The position numbers and the translations under genes are program-made. The notes beneath the pieces are model-generated. The model did not search any database, had not been told where the DNA came from, and was given only the letters and a program-made list of their open reading frames with translations. Shown one piece after another: positions 63,110-64,000 of a stretch of DNA of 64,000 nt. Source of the DNA: Gemmatimonadales bacterium (lineage in GTDB: Bacteria > Gemmatimonadota > Gemmatimonadetes > Gemmatimonadales > GWC2-71-9); assembly GCA_037189525.1 (NCBI GenBank), contig JBBCJC010000005.1, forward strand, positions 992,001-1,056,000. The letters run 5' to 3'. Positions within the stretch are counted from its first letter, which is position 1. The number at the start of each line of letters is the position of its first letter.

Positions 63110-64000
63110 ATGCGCACCATGCTAGTGCTCACATGCGGCACGCTGGTCGGAGCTGCAGCTCTAGGGCGGGTATCTCGACACCTCACCCAGGTCCCCATGG
63201 CGCCGGCGCTCAACGTCGATTCGGTCAACAGCGGCCCGGTTGATCGCCGCGACCTCTGCCTGACGATCCCCCTTACAGTGGACGTGGCCTCGGAATGTGG
63301 TGACCTTCGGATCACGCACACTCTTCCAGCATTCCGCACCATGAATGCAAACCGTGCTCCCACACTCCTCTACAACGCGCAGTTTGCCCACCCGTACCCT
63401 CTGTTTCGCGCGCTCGTCACCTTGCCGGTCGGAGCAGCTGTCCCGGACAGCGTGGTTGCCCGGCTGTGGACGTGCGTCAGCGGCACCTGCACGTTACGAC
63501 AGACGGGCAAGTGGGCCGGTACCGACTGGACGGCGGGAGCGACGCGGCAAGTGGCGTTAAGTTTCAATGGGATTGCCGATTCTACCGGAATCTGGAAAGA
63601 CTCCGTTACCGTCACCAACTGGTACGCAGGCTCGCCGCAAACCACGAGTCGGACACTCGAACGGGTTATCGTGAATCGCTTCAACAGTCCGTTCGGCTTC
63701 GGGTGGTGGATCGCGGGTCTCGAGATGCTGTCGCTGCCCTCCATGACGTGGGTAAGCGGCCGCGGCGACGTGCATCGCTATCAAACTGCTGGTACGAATC
63801 GGTGGGTTGGGCCCAGTATCACCCACCCCGATACCCTTGCCTGGAATCCATCGCTTTCACGCTACATCCGGTTTGCCCCGGGAGGTCTCCAAGTTCATTT
63901 CGATGCGACCGGGCGCCACATTCGAACCGTGAATCGGCAGGGGGATTCCACCTTCTTTACCTATAGCGGCGGCCTGTTGACGGGCATCGGGCTCTCCGGC
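63110..64000 (+). CDS. N-terminus of a probable RHS/YD-repeat protein; 3'-partial and absent from the ORF track
   Basis: GAGGA RBS; open frame MRTMLVLTCG...DLCLTI...ECGDLRITHTLP...NSPFGFGWWIAGLE...FDATGRHIRTVNRQGDSTFFTYSGGLL to the window end. Confidence 0.75.
   Translation, partial: MRTMLVLTCGTLVGAAALGRVSRHLTQVPMAPALNVDSVNSGPVDRRDLCLTIPLTVDVASECGDLRITHTLPAFRTMNANRAPTLLYNAQFAHPYPLFRALVTLPVGAAVPDSVVARLWTCVSGTCTLRQTGKWAGTDWTAGATRQVALSFNGIADSTGIWKDSVTVTNWYAGSPQTTSRTLERVIVNRFNSPFGFGWWIAGLEMLSLPSMTWVSGRGDVHRYQTAGTNRWVGPSITHPDTLAWNPSLSRYIRFAPGGLQVHFDATGRHIRTVNRQGDSTFFTYSGGLLTGIGLSG

Noticed and set aside
63004..63966. Short ORFs listed in the track at the right edge
   Set aside because: They overlap the better-supported open frame starting at 63110.

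Overview
GC-rich bacterial chromosome segment. The gene repertoire suggests Gemmatimonadota, which is an inference. Contents, left to right: a partial ATPase-TPR-SARP regulator; a chemosensory cluster (REC-REC-CheX, cheA, cheW, a 4-His membrane protein, a soluble PAS-PAS chemoreceptor, cheY, cheB, cheR, cheX, with YbaN and HDOD genes nearby); exported peptidases and amidohydrolases; bacillithiol-type enzymes; serA coupled to an FAD oxidoreductase; vapBC; dnaK; convergent leuACDB and ilvDB(N)C operons, each behind an unannotated leader-peptide attenuator with a shared 29-nt upstream motif; a four-gene ECF sigma/CBM48 module with back-to-back ECF-like promoters; htrA; an Hpt gene; tRNA-Leu-tig-clpP; and the start of an RHS/YD protein running off the right edge. 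The best candidates for undescribed systems are (i) the ECF sigma / glycogen-binding-domain anti-sigma module, (ii) a putative di-heme membrane protein coupled to an Aer2-like soluble receptor in a pathway whose CheA carries an MshEN-like insert, and (iii) the twin branched-chain amino acid attenuators, one of which also fronts an ACT protein, a short-form LeuA and an orphan ECF sigma. No CRISPR array, transposase or integrase was seen. All calls come from reading the sequence; no database search was run.
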